Origin: an uncultured virus (IMG/VR IMGVR_UViG_3300037963_003337)
Taxonomy: Duplodnaviria > Heunggongvirae > Uroviricota > Caudoviricetes
IMG/VR virus record: IMGVR_UViG_3300037963_003337
Direction: 5' to 3' (one strand)
Length of the DNA stretch: 64,000 nt
Each line of letters begins with the position of its first letter. Position 1 is the first letter of the stretch. A program made the position numbers and the translations under genes. Of this stretch, positions 16,009-25,178 are shown piece by piece. The notes below the pieces were generated by a model that saw only the letters and a list, made by a program, of their open reading frames with translations, was not told the DNA's origin and did not search any database.

Positions 16009-16103
16009 AATTTCAATGGGCAGATGGGACAGGGCGACTTGTTCGGACGTAAGACCCATTTACACACACAATCCAACTAATCTTTTTAATACGGAGAATA
16101 CAA

Positions 16104-17021
16104 ATGTCTTTTAAATCCCTTAAAGCTCAAGGTTCCCTTCTGGAGAAACTTAATAAGGAAATCAATAAGGTAGAGGGTGTTTCTGGTTACGTCGATGAAC
16201 GACTCTGGAAACCTACCATGGGTAAAGAAGGTGTCGGCAGTGCCGTCATTCGTTTCCTCCCTCCTACAGAAGGTTGTGATATGCCTTGGGCAAAGGTCTG
16301 GAGTCATGCATTCCAGGGTCCTGGTGGTTGGTATATTGAAAACTCTTTGACAACTTTGGGTCAGCAAGATCCTGTCAGTGAGGCAAATCGTCTGCTGTGG
16401 AACAGTGGTCTGGATAGCGACAAGGAAGTTGCACGTAAGCAGAAGCGTAAACTGTCTTACTACAGCAACATCTATGTGATCAAGGATCCTGCTAACCCTC
16501 AGAACGAAGGTAAAGTATTCCTTTACAAGTATGGTAAGAAGATCCATGACAAGATCATTGAACTCATGCAACCTGAGTTTGAAGGTCAAGAGGCAATCAA
16601 TCCTTTTGATTTCTGGCAAGGTGCTGACTTCAACCTTCGTCTGAAGAAAGTTGCAGGTTTCTGGAACTATGATTCCTCTGCCTTTGGTCGTCCTACAACC
16701 CTTGGTGGGTTTGATGACGAACAACTTGAAGCGATCTACGACAAAGAGTATGATCTCAATGAGTTCACTGATGCTAAGAACTTCAAGTCATATGATGAAC
16801 TGAAGACACGTATGGATACTGTGCTCAGGGGTCGTGCTCCTGCACCTGAGGTTCGTGATGAAGAGCGTGGTTACGATCATGCAAGTGATAGTTTCAATGC
16901 ACCTGACATCACGATGACTCGTTCCACTCCTGCACCAGAACCTGCAGTATCTACAGCAGCACCTGCTGCATCTGAGGATACTTATTCTTACTTTGACTCT
17001 CTCGCTAACGAAGATCTTTGA
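16104..17021 (+). CDS. gp32: Single-stranded DNA-binding protein gp32
   Basis: DERLWKP, AVIRFLP, WYIENSLTT, FLYKYGKKI, NYDSS, acidic tail. Confidence 0.97.
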   Translation: MSFKSLKAQGSLLEKLNKEINKVEGVSGYVDERLWKPTMGKEGVGSAVIRFLPPTEGCDMPWAKVWSHAFQGPGGWYIENSLTTLGQQDPVSEANRLLWNSGLDSDKEVARKQKRKLSYYSNIYVIKDPANPQNEGKVFLYKYGKKIHDKIIELMQPEFEGQEAINPFDFWQGADFNLRLKKVAGFWNYDSSAFGRPTTLGGFDDEQLEAIYDKEYDLNEFTDAKNFKSYDELKTRMDTVLRGRAPAPEVRDEERGYDHASDSFNAPDITMTRSTPAPEPAVSTAAPAASEDTYSYFDSLANEDL

Positions 17022-17134
17022 TGGAAGCAGTACACGCTTGGAACTCCATGTCATACGGCGAGGGGTTCCTTTTTTCCTTGTGGGTAATTGGAATGTATTA
17101 CATCAAGCTCCGCATGGATAAATTTATTAAATAA
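17021..17134 (+). CDS. Small membrane protein (37 aa)
   Basis: MEAVHAWNSMSYGEGFLFSLWVIGMYYIKLRMDKFIK; coupled to the gp32 stop. Confidence 0.6.
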   Translation: MEAVHAWNSMSYGEGFLFSLWVIGMYYIKLRMDKFIK

Positions 17135-17239
17135 TTTCCCGAATTTGAAAATCACTTTTTAGTTACAAAAAAGTCGGGAAAAAAATTCCGCCAAAAATTT
17201 GCCCAAAAGGGTCGATGCTAAATTTACTCATGAGTTATT

Positions 17240-17434
17240 ATGAACTACAAACCTTATTCACCAGAGTGGCATAGATACAGGTATCTAAAGGAAGCACTCA
17301 ATACATATATTGAGGATTATATCGATAATGATGTTATCCTTAATGATATTCTTGATATCATTTGTGAACGCCAAGAGCGAGCACACGCTGAATATCACAA
17401 ACTCGAAGATCTAGAAATTAAATTAAGGGAGTAA
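17240..17434 (+). CDS. Hypothetical protein
   Basis: YKPYSPEWHR.RYL. Confidence 0.75.
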   Translation: MNYKPYSPEWHRYRYLKEALNTYIEDYIDNDVILNDILDIICERQERAHAEYHKLEDLEIKLRE

Positions 17435-17435
17435 C

Positions 17436-17750
17436 ATGCTTTCTACCAAGTATCGCTTAAAAATGCAATTCATTTGCAAGAAAATTGCAAATAAGGAGGA
17501 AGTAAAGTTAGAAGAGATGATTTGGGCAGAGAAACTCGCTAAATCACATACTACCGCTAGAGAATGGTTGAAACAGGCACGTCGTCAGGCAGCACAAGAC
17601 ATCCAAGAAGGTAGTATGGATGATTTTATGAATAGGATGGGTTTAGGCGACCCCGATCCATCCAATCACAAAACGGGGTTCGATAGTGCTGACGACATCA
17701 AAGATTGGTTCCAAAGAGACAAACCTGACGATTGGAGACAACGTGACTAA
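17436..17750 (+). CDS. Conserved cyanophage/cyanobacterial hypothetical protein
   Basis: MLST.YRL...LGDPDPSNH...DDWRQRD. Confidence 0.8.
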   Translation: MLSTKYRLKMQFICKKIANKEEVKLEEMIWAEKLAKSHTTAREWLKQARRQAAQDIQEGSMDDFMNRMGLGDPDPSNHKTGFDSADDIKDWFQRDKPDDWRQRD

Positions 17751-17880
17751 CGATTTTTTAGACAACCTTGCTGCTCATCAATATCAAAAGATGCACAAGA
17801 AAAAAGAGCTAGATCTCTTTGAAGTAATTCCTAAATGGAAAGAATGGAAAGAATCACTTCAGAGGAGGACGCACAAATGA
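17743..17880 (+). CDS. Hypothetical protein
   Basis: GTG start, DFLDNLAA.QYQKMH. Confidence 0.5.
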   Translation: MTNDFLDNLAAHQYQKMHKKKELDLFEVIPKWKEWKESLQRRTHK

Positions 17881-18065
17881 GTGAAGATCCAAGAGAGCGT
17901 AACGAGCGAAAATGGCAAGAAGCAACAAATAAGGTAATCGCCAATAACTTGGTAATTAACCTTGAGAAACTTTTAAATGGCACAGCAAAATATGTAGTGT
18001 GTTCAGATAGAACCACTACACATAGAAAGATTATTATTGAATATGATCACCAACAGAAAGATTAA
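17877..18065 (+). CDS. Hypothetical protein
   Basis: ATGA-coupled; stop shares TTAA with the convergent gp53. Confidence 0.6.
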   Translation: MSEDPRERNERKWQEATNKVIANNLVINLEKLLNGTAKYVVCSDRTTTHRKIIIEYDHQQKD

Positions 18066-18685
18066 TTTCTAGAAATCTTCAGAGTTTCACTAACATACTC
18101 TGTGCTAGGAGTAAATTTCATCTCGTTAACAAAAATCTCAGTAAACTGATCAACAAACGCGGGTCTTAGCACAAAGATCTCGCGTTTTTTGTCGTTTTTA
18201 CGTAATTCGTAAATGTAGTTAGATACTGGACCTCTAGAATCTTGTAAAGATAGTGTATTGCCATCTGGAGTGACGAATTGGTATGCTTCACCAACTTGCA
18301 GACCTCCAGGTAGAACAAGTTGATCGTCGTAATATTGCTCAATCGTCTCATAGTGATGTGGAGCAGTTGGATCATCATATGTGGCGCTAATATACTCTTC
18401 AAACGCAATATTACTCAGTGGCCAATCCTCGTATAGATTTTTAATATTGTTGATAATCATGATAATCCAATCATTTCCTGGATCTCCATAAAAATCCATT
18501 GAAACGGTGTCAGGTCTTTCTCCATCTTTGACGAAATAATCTTCAAAGATAGTTGATCCTGGAACAATATTGTCAATGAGTTTAATACGAGCAAAAATGT
18601 TCCTGATAGTAATATAACTACCATTCTCAGGATTCTTGTCGTATTTTAGATAAAGAATTTCTGGAACTTTGTCGAAATATGCCAT
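18062..18685 (-). CDS. gp53: Baseplate wedge subunit gp53
   Basis: GERPDTVS..FYG...WII...N, WPL, HHYET. Confidence 0.92.
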   Translation of the reverse strand: MAYFDKVPEILYLKYDKNPENGSYITIRNIFARIKLIDNIVPGSTIFEDYFVKDGERPDTVSMDFYGDPGNDWIIMIINNIKNLYEDWPLSNIAFEEYISATYDDPTAPHHYETIEQYYDDQLVLPGGLQVGEAYQFVTPDGNTLSLQDSRGPVSNYIYELRKNDKKREIFVLRPAFVDQFTEIFVNEMKFTPSTEYVSETLKISRN

Positions 18686-18687
18686 GT

Positions 18688-19701
18688 TTATGCCTCCGTC
18701 ATTGTTGTGCTGTCTTCAAAGTTTTCAATGTCTTGTCTGACCAGAGCAGTAAGTTCAGCAAATTGCAAACTTAATCTAACTGCCTGTACATAACCATTTT
18801 TAGTCAAAGCAATAACATTATCTGGAGTATAATCAACATTAAGACCAGTCAAAGCACAATATTTTGTATTTGGTAGAAAATCACTAACTCCACCTGTTTT
18901 TGCGTCTACATCTGTAACAATTCCATTAGATTTTACTTTTAGTTTGCTCTTGAGTCCACTTGGAATAATTCTCCAAATATGAGGATATCCCAAAAACAAA
19001 GAATTGCTTCTTTCTTTTAATTTTGCCTCTGGATGCATACTGATTTTAAATTGTTTAACAATTTTTCTAATCTCATTCTCTTCAGTAACATCTCTTGCTA
19101 GGAATAAGTAATCAAAGTTGAAAGATCTTGTCTGCATTCTGTTGAATGTCTGCAGAGTATTATCATTAAATGTTTGACCAAATGCAGCACCAACTAATGT
19201 GTCTAGAGAGAGACCATCAACCTTTGGAATATCTTGGAATCCATCTAAATTTGTCAAAGATTTCATTAAAGAATTAGCACCTGTTGCAAGAGCAACTTTT
19301 GCTGCAGCACCAAAAATACCACCACCAGCACCTAGAGTAGATCCCAATGCACCAAATGATATCTTTGACCATTCTGCACCATATTGATATTCAATTTTAG
19401 GTGGAAGATATAAAGAAATATTCGCTACACCAGTATTATTTGCATCTCCACCTGTACCACTAGTAGTTGGTGCTATATTCTTACCGTCTTCACCTCTACC
19501 CCCGTATGAACCAGTTAACTTACCATTAAGGTTTTCTGCAGTAAGTTCAACATTTCTATTACTACCAGAGATAACATTTTGAATATCTGGTAATGCACCT
19601 GGAGGCACTGGTGCTCCTGCATAATCGTATGCTCGGAATGTTAGAAACATACCAGTATTGTTAATACTGGTCTTTGGGTACATTAATCTTGTTGCTGTCA
19701 T
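18688..19701 (-). CDS. gp48: Baseplate tail-tube cap gp48
   Basis: ISLYLP, RSFNFDY, VDYTPD, LSLQFAEL; synteny. Confidence 0.85.
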   Translation of the reverse strand: MTATRLMYPKTSINNTGMFLTFRAYDYAGAPVPPGALPDIQNVISGSNRNVELTAENLNGKLTGSYGGRGEDGKNIAPTTSGTGGDANNTGVANISLYLPPKIEYQYGAEWSKISFGALGSTLGAGGGIFGAAAKVALATGANSLMKSLTNLDGFQDIPKVDGLSLDTLVGAAFGQTFNDNTLQTFNRMQTRSFNFDYLFLARDVTEENEIRKIVKQFKISMHPEAKLKERSNSLFLGYPHIWRIIPSGLKSKLKVKSNGIVTDVDAKTGGVSDFLPNTKYCALTGLNVDYTPDNVIALTKNGYVQAVRLSLQFAELTALVRQDIENFEDSTTMTEA

Positions 19702-20162
19702 TATTTACGTTTACCTAATTGAACTTTTTTCTTACTTACAAAACGATTTTGACTATCATAAAATTGCTCTATAGGCAATGCGGCAAATTCAATTAGTTCC
19801 TCTTCTGGAACCTCAAAGAATAAATTATCTGCACGACTTATAATATATCTATGCAACAATTTAAAGGGTATCCTAACATTCTTATTTAGAAACTTTTTAG
19901 CAAGCATCATTCGTTGCTTTGGAGTGGTATAATGGAAGTTTGCTCCCATGAATCCATCCTCATAGATATTAGTTACCAAAACTAGAGGATATTTATCCCA
20001 TCTTGCTAACTGTGCCTTTGTTTTGGGGTCATATTCAAAAAGGTAGAATTTACCGACCATTACGTCATCTTTAGCACTATCAAAGAGGTAGTTAAATGCT
20101 ACTGATCTTTGTTTAGATACAGTATTGGCATTTTCATCTTTAAGTTCTTGAATAATACTCAT
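19701..20162 (-). CDS. gp2: DNA end protector gp2-like protein
   Basis: F.YDPKTK...WDKYPLV...GANFHY. Confidence 0.8.
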   Translation of the reverse strand: MSIIQELKDENANTVSKQRSVAFNYLFDSAKDDVMVGKFYLFEYDPKTKAQLARWDKYPLVLVTNIYEDGFMGANFHYTTPKQRMMLAKKFLNKNVRIPFKLLHRYIISRADNLFFEVPEEELIEFAALPIEQFYDSQNRFVSKKKVQLGKRK

Positions 20163-20593
20163 ATCTTAAGTTCCTTTTCTGTTAGGATTTTAAATTGCCA
20201 TCTTCTGTCCTTGCAGTATTCAGTTGCTGCTTTCCATTTAGCATCATTGACAGCATATGTGGTAACTTCAGTTATATACCTCTTTGTACGACGGCGTTGT
20301 TTTTGGGGAGGCGCTGTCTGCTTAAGCGGTTTGATCTCAATAATAAACTTCTGCGTCCCCCCAGTTTTTGTTCTGGCACGGACGTAGAAATCTGGGAAAT
20401 ACCGATGCATCCGATTATCAAGAGGAGAGATGTAAGGTATAACGATCTCTTCACTACCCCATTCCAGCACATTTTCATTGTTATCACACCAAACCATGAA
20501 CTTTCTTTCCCATAAAGACCTGTAAATGACATTTGTCGGGTCTCCTTTATATTTCCTAGGATGGGAAGGGCGATATTTACCACTATATGCCAT
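20159..20593 (-). CDS. gp4: Head completion nuclease gp4
   Basis: YRSLWE, WGSEE, HRYFPDF, IEIKP, N.AKW.AA. Confidence 0.93.
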   Translation of the reverse strand: MAYSGKYRPSHPRKYKGDPTNVIYRSLWERKFMVWCDNNENVLEWGSEEIVIPYISPLDNRMHRYFPDFYVRARTKTGGTQKFIIEIKPLKQTAPPQKQRRRTKRYITEVTTYAVNDAKWKAATEYCKDRRWQFKILTEKELKI

Positions 20594-20594
20594 A

Positions 20595-20627
20595 CTAAAT
20601 ATAAATATACTTCCTAGTCCTATTTAG
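20595..20627. promoter_or_regulatory. Pair of T4-type late promoters between divergent genes
   Basis: TATAAATA (+, 20600-20607) and CTAAATA (-, 20621-20627). Confidence 0.7.
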
Positions 20628-21362
20628 ATGAATATCGACAGAATTAGAAAAAACATCGTGGGTGACTATGGATTGTCTTCGTCGAATCAATATCATATTT
20701 CTTTTGAGATCCCTGTAGGTATTAATAGTAGTACCGATGGAACTCTTACAGAATTCATGAGGAATAGGGGATTTACCATTAATAGTGTATCAGAACCTGA
20801 AATTTTCGGAAGAAATGATAGTGTCGTCGGAAACATGGCGAGATTAAGTTTCTTAGCAGACGAAGTTAATATCCCTGGATTTAGTATAGCAACTGGTGAT
20901 TTTAAAGGATATGTTCCTGGTATCAATGTTAGATACGCACATACCAGAAACTTTACTGAGATGAATATTGCCTTTTTAATGGATATGGATCATACTCCAT
21001 TAAAATTCTTAAGGTTGTGGTCTGATTTTATATTTGGATTTGAAGAGTCATATGGCGTCTCATCCTCAGCACCGACTGTAGTTTCTCAGTTGCAATATTA
21101 CAATAATTATGCTCACGATATTGTTATTGATAAATTAGAACCAAACACTAATTCTTTATCAAAATCAAGAGCAAAGAGTAGTTTTGATACTCATAATGTA
21201 GTCACCAGAACACGATTGCACAAAGCATTCCCATACATGATTAATGATGTTACAGTTAGTAACGCTCCAAACCAACCAATGAGATTGCAGTCCACCTTTT
21301 ACTATGAGTACTTTACCACTGAAACTTTAAAAAGAAATACGGTAAATGCCCTCAGACAATGA
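20628..21362 (+). CDS. Tail tube initiator gp54 / gp19-like protein
   Basis: VNIPG, RLHKAFPY, F.YEYF tail-tube family pattern; context. Confidence 0.7.
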   Translation: MNIDRIRKNIVGDYGLSSSNQYHISFEIPVGINSSTDGTLTEFMRNRGFTINSVSEPEIFGRNDSVVGNMARLSFLADEVNIPGFSIATGDFKGYVPGINVRYAHTRNFTEMNIAFLMDMDHTPLKFLRLWSDFIFGFEESYGVSSSAPTVVSQLQYYNNYAHDIVIDKLEPNTNSLSKSRAKSSFDTHNVVTRTRLHKAFPYMINDVTVSNAPNQPMRLQSTFYYEYFTTETLKRNTVNALRQ

Positions 21363-21395
21363 CGCTAAATAAAAATATGATATGGAGTTTAATTA

Positions 21396-22097
21396 ATGTC
21401 TTTACCAACACTGAATACACCAACCTATAATCTTACTATCCCATCAACAAAACAAAGAATTAAATACAGACCTTTCTTTGTAAAGGAAGAGAAAGTTCTT
21501 CTGATGGCACTTGAATCTCAAAATGACCAAGAAATTGCAGATGCATTAAAATCAATTATTGTTGCTTGTGTGACTACAAAAGATTTTAATTTTGATAAAT
21601 TGGCAACATTTGATATTGAGTATATTTTCTTGAATATCAGAGGTAAGTCAGTAGGTGAAATGGTTGAACTTATTGTTATTGCACCTGATGATGGTGAAAC
21701 TGAGGTAAGAATCAATATTAATATTGATGATGTCAAAGTAAAATTTGATAAATCACATTCTAATAAGATCCAAATTGATAAAGATCTTTGGGTTGAGATG
21801 AAGTATCCTGGTCTTAGTAGTTTTACTAACCCTCAAGAAAATATTGATGATACTTTTGAATTCGTTGCTAATTCAATTGAAAAGATTTACAATGAAGAGG
21901 ATGTTTGGGACAGCACCACAACAACCCCTGATGAGTTTGTGACTTTCCTTGAGAATATGAGCAGCAAACAGTTCAACAGTGTCCAAAAGTTTTTTGAGAC
22001 AATGCCTTCCCTAAAGCATGAGGTTAAGTTTACTAATCCAAATACAGAGGTTGAATCAACTTACGTTGTCGAAGGACTTGCTAATTTTTTCGGATAA
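21396..22097 (+). CDS. gp26: Baseplate hub assembly protein (gp26 in cyanophage annotations)
   Basis: MSLP...TPTY, YRPF.VKEEK, FDIEYIFLNIRGKSVGE, FFETMP, EGLANFF. Confidence 0.9.
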   Translation: MSLPTLNTPTYNLTIPSTKQRIKYRPFFVKEEKVLLMALESQNDQEIADALKSIIVACVTTKDFNFDKLATFDIEYIFLNIRGKSVGEMVELIVIAPDDGETEVRININIDDVKVKFDKSHSNKIQIDKDLWVEMKYPGLSSFTNPQENIDDTFEFVANSIEKIYNEEDVWDSTTTTPDEFVTFLENMSSKQFNSVQKFFETMPSLKHEVKFTNPNTEVESTYVVEGLANFFG

Positions 22098-22282
22098 GCC
22101 TCTTTCATAATTCACTAGAAAATTATTATAGAACTAATTTCTCATTAATGCAGCATCATAAGTACAGTTTAACTGAACTTGATGGTCTTATTCCTTGGGA
22201 AAAAGATATATACATTGCGTTGTTGAAAAATTATCTGGAAGAGGAAAGACAGAGAATAGAACAGCAAAAACATCAAAGTTAA
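22091..22282 (+). CDS. gp51: gp51-like baseplate hub assembly domain, probably translated via -1 frameshift from gp26
   Basis: -1 frame: RISLFHNSLENYYRTNFSLMQHHKYSLTELDGLIPWEKDIYIALLKNYLEEE...; first ATG only at 22148. Confidence 0.8.
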   Translation, partial: RISLFHNSLENYYRTNFSLMQHHKYSLTELDGLIPWEKDIYIALLKNYLEEERQRIEQQKHQS

Positions 22283-25176
22283 TGAAAGCAAAACAAATAG
22301 GATTAACTCAATATAATGATGCCATATTGTCAATATATGGTGCGAATCCTGTTGCAACTTTGAAGGAAGCAAAAGGGGCAACAACTACTGCTCCAGATTT
22401 AACGAAGGACAACGTAAAGAAGAAGGCACAACCTAAAAGTGGAACTCTTGTAAAAGAGACCCTTCGCCTTAGAAATACTGCAGTTTTAAATTTAAAACTG
22501 GCGAAGAATATTCAAAAGTATGAGAAGGAAAGGTTATCTAAACTAAGTGCATTACTAGACAAAGATAAATCCTCAAAGGGAGGAGAAGGTGGTGAGGTTG
22601 AAGAAGATACAGATGATCCGAAGAAGTTAGAAAGGAAATCTCCTTGGTGGAGAAAATTTCTTCGTAAGTTTAGAAACTTTGCAAAAGGTCTGTTAAAGAA
22701 ACTCTTTAAAAAGTTCGTTCCTAGAAGGGTGCGTGCTAGAGGGAGATTGCTTGCAAGGAGAATTCGTAGATTTAAAAGGGTAGTAAAAGCGAACATCAAA
22801 AGAAGATGGAGGAATTTTACTAAACCTTTTAGACAAGCACAGAGATTTATTGCAAATACCACTGCTCCACTTAGACGTAGGTTAGGTACTGGATTTAAAC
22901 GTGCCCAAAGAAATTTAACAAAACCTTTTAGGCAAGCAAAACGATTTGCTGAAACTGCAGTTAAGAATCCAAGAAAGGCACTACAGCAAACTCAACGTGC
23001 TCTTAACACAGCAAAGAATGTCGCTGCTGGTGCTGCTACAAGGGTAAATCAGTTTGTATCACCTGGAATTAAGGCAGGTAGAGAATTTGCTGGTCAAAAA
23101 CTTACTCAAGGTAGAAAAGCATTAGAAGGTGGTATTGATACTGCAAGATCAATATGGAACTTTGGTACTGAAATGCTGCAGCAGGCAAGTGGAAAGAAAC
23201 CAAACTTGTCAGGTGGAAATAGATTTGGTTTTCTGAATAGATTTTCTGGTATTGGTCAGAAATTGAATCAAGGTAGACAGGCATTGATGGGTGGTATTGA
23301 TATTGCTGTTAAAAAAGGACAACAGATTGGTGAGGCAGTTGCTGCTACTTGGACTAAATGGAGTAATGTCGTTAAAGATCCTAAGACATGGAATAAAATT
23401 AAGGATAGTGTAGTAGGTGGATATGAAAAGTTAAAAGGTGCCGCAAAAAAACTGTATGATGATTTTATTACATGGTTAGCAGGAACCAAATGGTTCAGAG
23501 AGATGATTGAGAGTAAAATCGGCAAGAAAGTAACTCGAATGCTCATTGAAAAGGGCGGTAAGATAGCACTGAAAAAGATTCTTACTAGATTGGTTATTGG
23601 TCTTGGTACTGTTATGGCGTTATGGGAAGCAGTAGATGACTGGGCAAGAGGTGACTATGAAGGTGCAGCGTTAGCAGCACTTGGTGCTATTCCTGTTGTT
23701 GGTTTGGTTGCAGTTGTTGTTGATATTTTAAGAGATCTGTTTCCAAAAACTTGGGAAAGCGTTGTTTCTCAAATTACAGGTCAAGATGCAGAGACAAGAA
23801 GTAAAAATATTAAAGATGCCACTGATGATTTGATGATGAATCCAGTAGATAGTACTACTGGTGGTAATGATATTGCTGATGGGATTCCCATGGCAGCAGA
23901 TGGAATGGTAACCGACAACCAACCACAGTTGGTTATTGTTGGTGATGGAGGCGAGGAAGAATTTATCGTTCCTAAGAGTAAACTTGCACAGTTCTTAGGA
24001 TCTGATACTGCATTAGAGTTCTTAAATTTTGGAGGATCTCAGGTAGTCAGCACAGTTAATGAATACTTAAAGAAACTAGGTATTGCTGGTGAAACTGCAG
24101 GTCAAATCTCAGAACTTAAAGATGCTCAAGATTTACCTAAAAAACCAACAAATAATGTAAAGAATGTCAGACCATTTGGTTCTGCCATTTCAGACATCAG
24201 TGGTAAGATTATGAAATTTATCATTGAAAGTGTTGAAAGTTTAATAGAACCACTGAAAAATATTATGGATTGGTTGAAAAAGAACGTCCTGGATAATCCA
24301 TTAGTTAAAGGTATTACTGGTGTTGTTGGAGCAATAGGTTCTTCTATATTTGGTGGTGGTGCTAATGCAGCAACACTGAACAATAATTTTAATTTATCAA
24401 ATATGTCTGCAGATGGAGTATTTAATACTGAATTGAAAACTGGTAAATCAGCATATATTGGTGGATCTGCTGATTACCACATTGACAGTCAGTTTAAGAG
24501 TTCTCTTCCTATGTCGGAGAAAGTAGCAATGATGGATCAACTTGCAGCAGGATATGCTGCACAAGGTAGAATTATTGAATTCTCTAATGCTGGGGTTGTC
24601 AACCAGGTGTATGATCCTAGTGCTTCTCTTGAAGAAAAGAGTGCTTTATTACAAAGAGCATTTGAAGCACACCAACTTCCTAGAGGACGTGCTATTGATG
24701 CAGGCGGTTTCAATCGTATTGATTATTATGCTCCTCTTGTTGAAGATTCTAGAGAAACTGGAGGACAAGGTAGATTTAGAGATAGTGTAGTAGGTCAGGA
24801 TATTCTTATTCCGACACGTGGTGGTGAAAAAGTATCTTATCATCAAGGGGGTGATTATGGTGCATTTGTTCACTTGACAGATAAAGATGGTAATGTCATC
24901 TTTAGAACAGGTCATGGTGATACTAGAACTGCAAAATCAGGAACTGTTGATATATCAGCACTAAATAAAGATGATGCAGTAGATGAAGATCCTAATAACC
25001 TGGAAGACGATAATATTATGGTACAAATGTTACAGCAACAACTTGCCCAGCAGGCAAACGCTCAAACTCAACCAAATATTCTTCCAATGCCTATTCCATT
25101 AGGATCTGTCCCTGCATTTATGTTGCCTAGGACTAATACTCCAGCATGGGGACACGCAGCAGTACACGGTAACTGA
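22282..25176 (+). CDS. Tape-measure-like / tail-associated protein with C-terminal M23-like domain
   Basis: TAATG coupling to gp51; basic helical repeats, hydrophobic Gly/Ala segments, GGDYGAFVHL...GH. Confidence 0.6.
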   Translation: MKAKQIGLTQYNDAILSIYGANPVATLKEAKGATTTAPDLTKDNVKKKAQPKSGTLVKETLRLRNTAVLNLKLAKNIQKYEKERLSKLSALLDKDKSSKGGEGGEVEEDTDDPKKLERKSPWWRKFLRKFRNFAKGLLKKLFKKFVPRRVRARGRLLARRIRRFKRVVKANIKRRWRNFTKPFRQAQRFIANTTAPLRRRLGTGFKRAQRNLTKPFRQAKRFAETAVKNPRKALQQTQRALNTAKNVAAGAATRVNQFVSPGIKAGREFAGQKLTQGRKALEGGIDTARSIWNFGTEMLQQASGKKPNLSGGNRFGFLNRFSGIGQKLNQGRQALMGGIDIAVKKGQQIGEAVAATWTKWSNVVKDPKTWNKIKDSVVGGYEKLKGAAKKLYDDFITWLAGTKWFREMIESKIGKKVTRMLIEKGGKIALKKILTRLVIGLGTVMALWEAVDDWARGDYEGAALAALGAIPVVGLVAVVVDILRDLFPKTWESVVSQITGQDAETRSKNIKDATDDLMMNPVDSTTGGNDIADGIPMAADGMVTDNQPQLVIVGDGGEEEFIVPKSKLAQFLGSDTALEFLNFGGSQVVSTVNEYLKKLGIAGETAGQISELKDAQDLPKKPTNNVKNVRPFGSAISDISGKIMKFIIESVESLIEPLKNIMDWLKKNVLDNPLVKGITGVVGAIGSSIFGGGANAATLNNNFNLSNMSADGVFNTELKTGKSAYIGGSADYHIDSQFKSSLPMSEKVAMMDQLAAGYAAQGRIIEFSNAGVVNQVYDPSASLEEKSALLQRAFEAHQLPRGRAIDAGGFNRIDYYAPLVEDSRETGGQGRFRDSVVGQDILIPTRGGEKVSYHQGGDYGAFVHLTDKDGNVIFRTGHGDTRTAKSGTVDISALNKDDAVDEDPNNLEDDNIMVQMLQQQLAQQANAQTQPNILPMPIPLGSVPAFMLPRTNTPAWGHAAVHGN

Positions 25177-25178
25177 TA

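Noticed and set aside
16021..16054. Hammerhead-like look of CAGATGG-stem-GGAC
   Set aside because: The catalytic core CUGAUGA/GAAA is not conserved
22195..22281. TTG start of the 993-aa ORF
   Set aside because: Overlaps the gp51-like frame; ATG 22282 coupled to the gp51 stop is preferred
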